NCBI RefSeq assembly: GCF_006345805.1 | Contig: NC_042998.1 | Coordinates: 205,282,001 to 205,346,000, forward strand | Source of the DNA: Octopus sinensis | Taxonomy: Eukaryota | Direction: 5' to 3' | Length of the DNA stretch: 64,000 bases | In this document: piece by piece, positions 62,370-64,000 of the stretch | Position numbering within the stretch: the first letter of the stretch is position 1 | Layout: each line of letters opens with the position of its first letter | The notes under the pieces: generated by a model | Databases searched by the model: none | Told to the model about the DNA's origin: nothing | The model's input: the letters and a program-made list of their open reading frames with translations, nothing else | Program-made: the position numbers and the translations under genes

Positions 62370-63400
62370 ATTCTAAGTTCAAATCCTTCCAGAGATTAAC
62401 TATGCTTTTCAACCTTCCAGGGTCAATGAAATAGGTACGAGCTGAGCAATGGGGTTGATGTAATTTACTGCTCCTTCCCCAACAATTGCAGGCCTTGTGT
62501 CTGTACCAGAAAAAGCACTACTACTACTACTACTACTACACTTGACAAAACACTTAGCATTTTGCCCATCTTTACTGGTTTCAAATTCCACCGAGATCAA
62601 CTTTATCTTTCATCCTTTCTGGGTCTATGAAATAAGTACCAGCTTATTACTGGGGGGGGGGGGGGTCAGTGCAATTGACAAGCTCCCTTCAAATTTCAGA
62701 CCTTGTGCCTAGAGTAGAAAGGATTATTATTATTAAGGTTTATAGCTGACAGAATGATTAAAGATGCCAAGCGAAGAAATGCTGAATGGCATTTCGTCCA
62801 GCTTCATTTTCTGAATTCAAATTCTGCCAGGGTCGACAAAAGATGTCGTAATCAAGCGTTAGGGGTCGATATGATCGACTAGTCCCCTCCCCCAAATCTC
62901 TCGTGAACTGAACAAAACGTTTCATAGCATTTTTCTCTGTCCTTAGGTTCTGTGTTCAAATTCCACCAAGGTTGACTTTGCCTTTCATCTTTCCAGGGTC
63001 AATAAAATAACTACCAGCTGGAGCAGTGGGATCAACTAACCCCTCTCCATTAAAATTGCTGGCTTTGTTCCAAAGTTAGAAAGTACCATTATTATCATTA
63101 TTATTACCAGACTAGACCAAATTCTTAACGATATTTTGTTCATTTTGTACATTCTGAGGAGAAATTTCGCTGAGGTTGACCTTGCCTCTCATCCTTTCAA
63201 GGTTGATAAACTGTAATACAGTCAGATACTAGTATAAGACCAACAAGCTGAGGGACGGGGAGATGTTGGTCAGGACCATCAATGCCATACTTAACTGGCA
63301 CTTTATTTTACAGACCCTGATAGGATGAAAGTTAAAGATGACTTGCCCCCACGTTCCATGCCACCTCTCAAAATTGCTGACCTTGTGCCAAAGCAATCAT
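62370..63400. mobile_element. cluster of several degenerate SINE copies (family of 2803-3042)
   Basis: repeated gttcaaattcc...ttcatcctt...gtc(a/g)at cores. Confidence 0.7.
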
Positions 63401-64000
63401 TATTAAGGACAAATGTCCCTAATAATACTGAACAAAATATTGGGTTAGACTTTAAGGCAAGTCATCCTCAGTGTGACTGTGGTGGTGGTGGTGGTGGTGG
63501 TGGTGAAACCATCCAGTCATAGAATTGTTAGAGATAAGAACCTTCTTAATCAGTTGATCTCTCAAATGTCCCAGTTTCATTTCATGGTTGAGCGATTGGC
63601 AACAGCAGCAACCACAACAATAATCTCCAACTGTTAAACACCTGCTGAACCAAACGATGGAAATGGTTGAATTGGCAAACTTATAACATTTCGGATGAAA
63701 GAGAGGGCTGCCAACCGTATACAAAGGACAAACAGACACAACAGAAAAACATGTTTTCCTTTGGTGTCACAGAAGATAATGCATAAAATGTGGTGCAGTG
63801 AATTATTGATGGTTATTTATAATAGATCTCACAAGACTTCGCAAAGGAAAGTTGAAGGGCAGTTTTATGAGGTGGTTTGGTAGGTCAGGCAATCTTGGTG
63901 AAGCAAGTTTTGGGATATACAGTGGACGGGTGAGGGGGGATGGGGGTAAACAGTAGTAAATGATATGAAAGTTCATTCTAGAAGTGTTTAGAGTCAGACT

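Noticed and set aside
63542-63707. Minus-strand exon-like frame PLFHPKCYKF...DYCCGCCCCQSLNHEMKLGHLRDQLIKK with a good pyrimidine tract
   Set aside because: It does not resemble the expected upstream TMEM242 exon, the donor (gttctt) is weak, and the Cys run comes from a CAA/CAG microsatellite; not excluded as a cryptic exon.

Overview
Eukaryotic, intron-rich and transposon-dense DNA. The repeat families suggest a coleoid cephalopod, probably Octopus (inference). Two protein-coding genes converge tail-to-tail. (1) On the + strand, 63-41477, are the last 16 coding exons of an RPGR (retinitis pigmentosa GTPase regulator) orthologue: RCC1-like repeat exons, a linker, a Glu/Lys-rich region split over several exons, and a 24-nt terminal coding exon ending in the CaaX box CLIL. 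All 15 junctions are GT-AG and phase-consistent, totalling 2279 nt. (2) On the - strand, 55093-62187, are the last two coding exons of TMEM242. Introns and the intergenic gap hold RTE, CR1, Tx1-like, R4/Dong and Penelope-like retroelements, Gypsy LTR remnants, Tc1/mariner elements, Helitrons, MITE-like palindromes, tRNA-derived SINEs and two long minisatellites (35-bp and 31-bp units). Most notable: read-through of the last RPGR intron gives a short non-prenylated C-terminus with the F-x3-[VL]-L-x2-Y spacing of the vertebrate RPGR-ORF15 tail. Together with a cryptic in-exon donor, this suggests an invertebrate counterpart of the ORF15 versus CaaX isoform switch. Several RPGR exons are bracketed by inverted repeats that could form dsRNA. 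All calls come from manual reading; no database search was run and TE boundaries are approximate.
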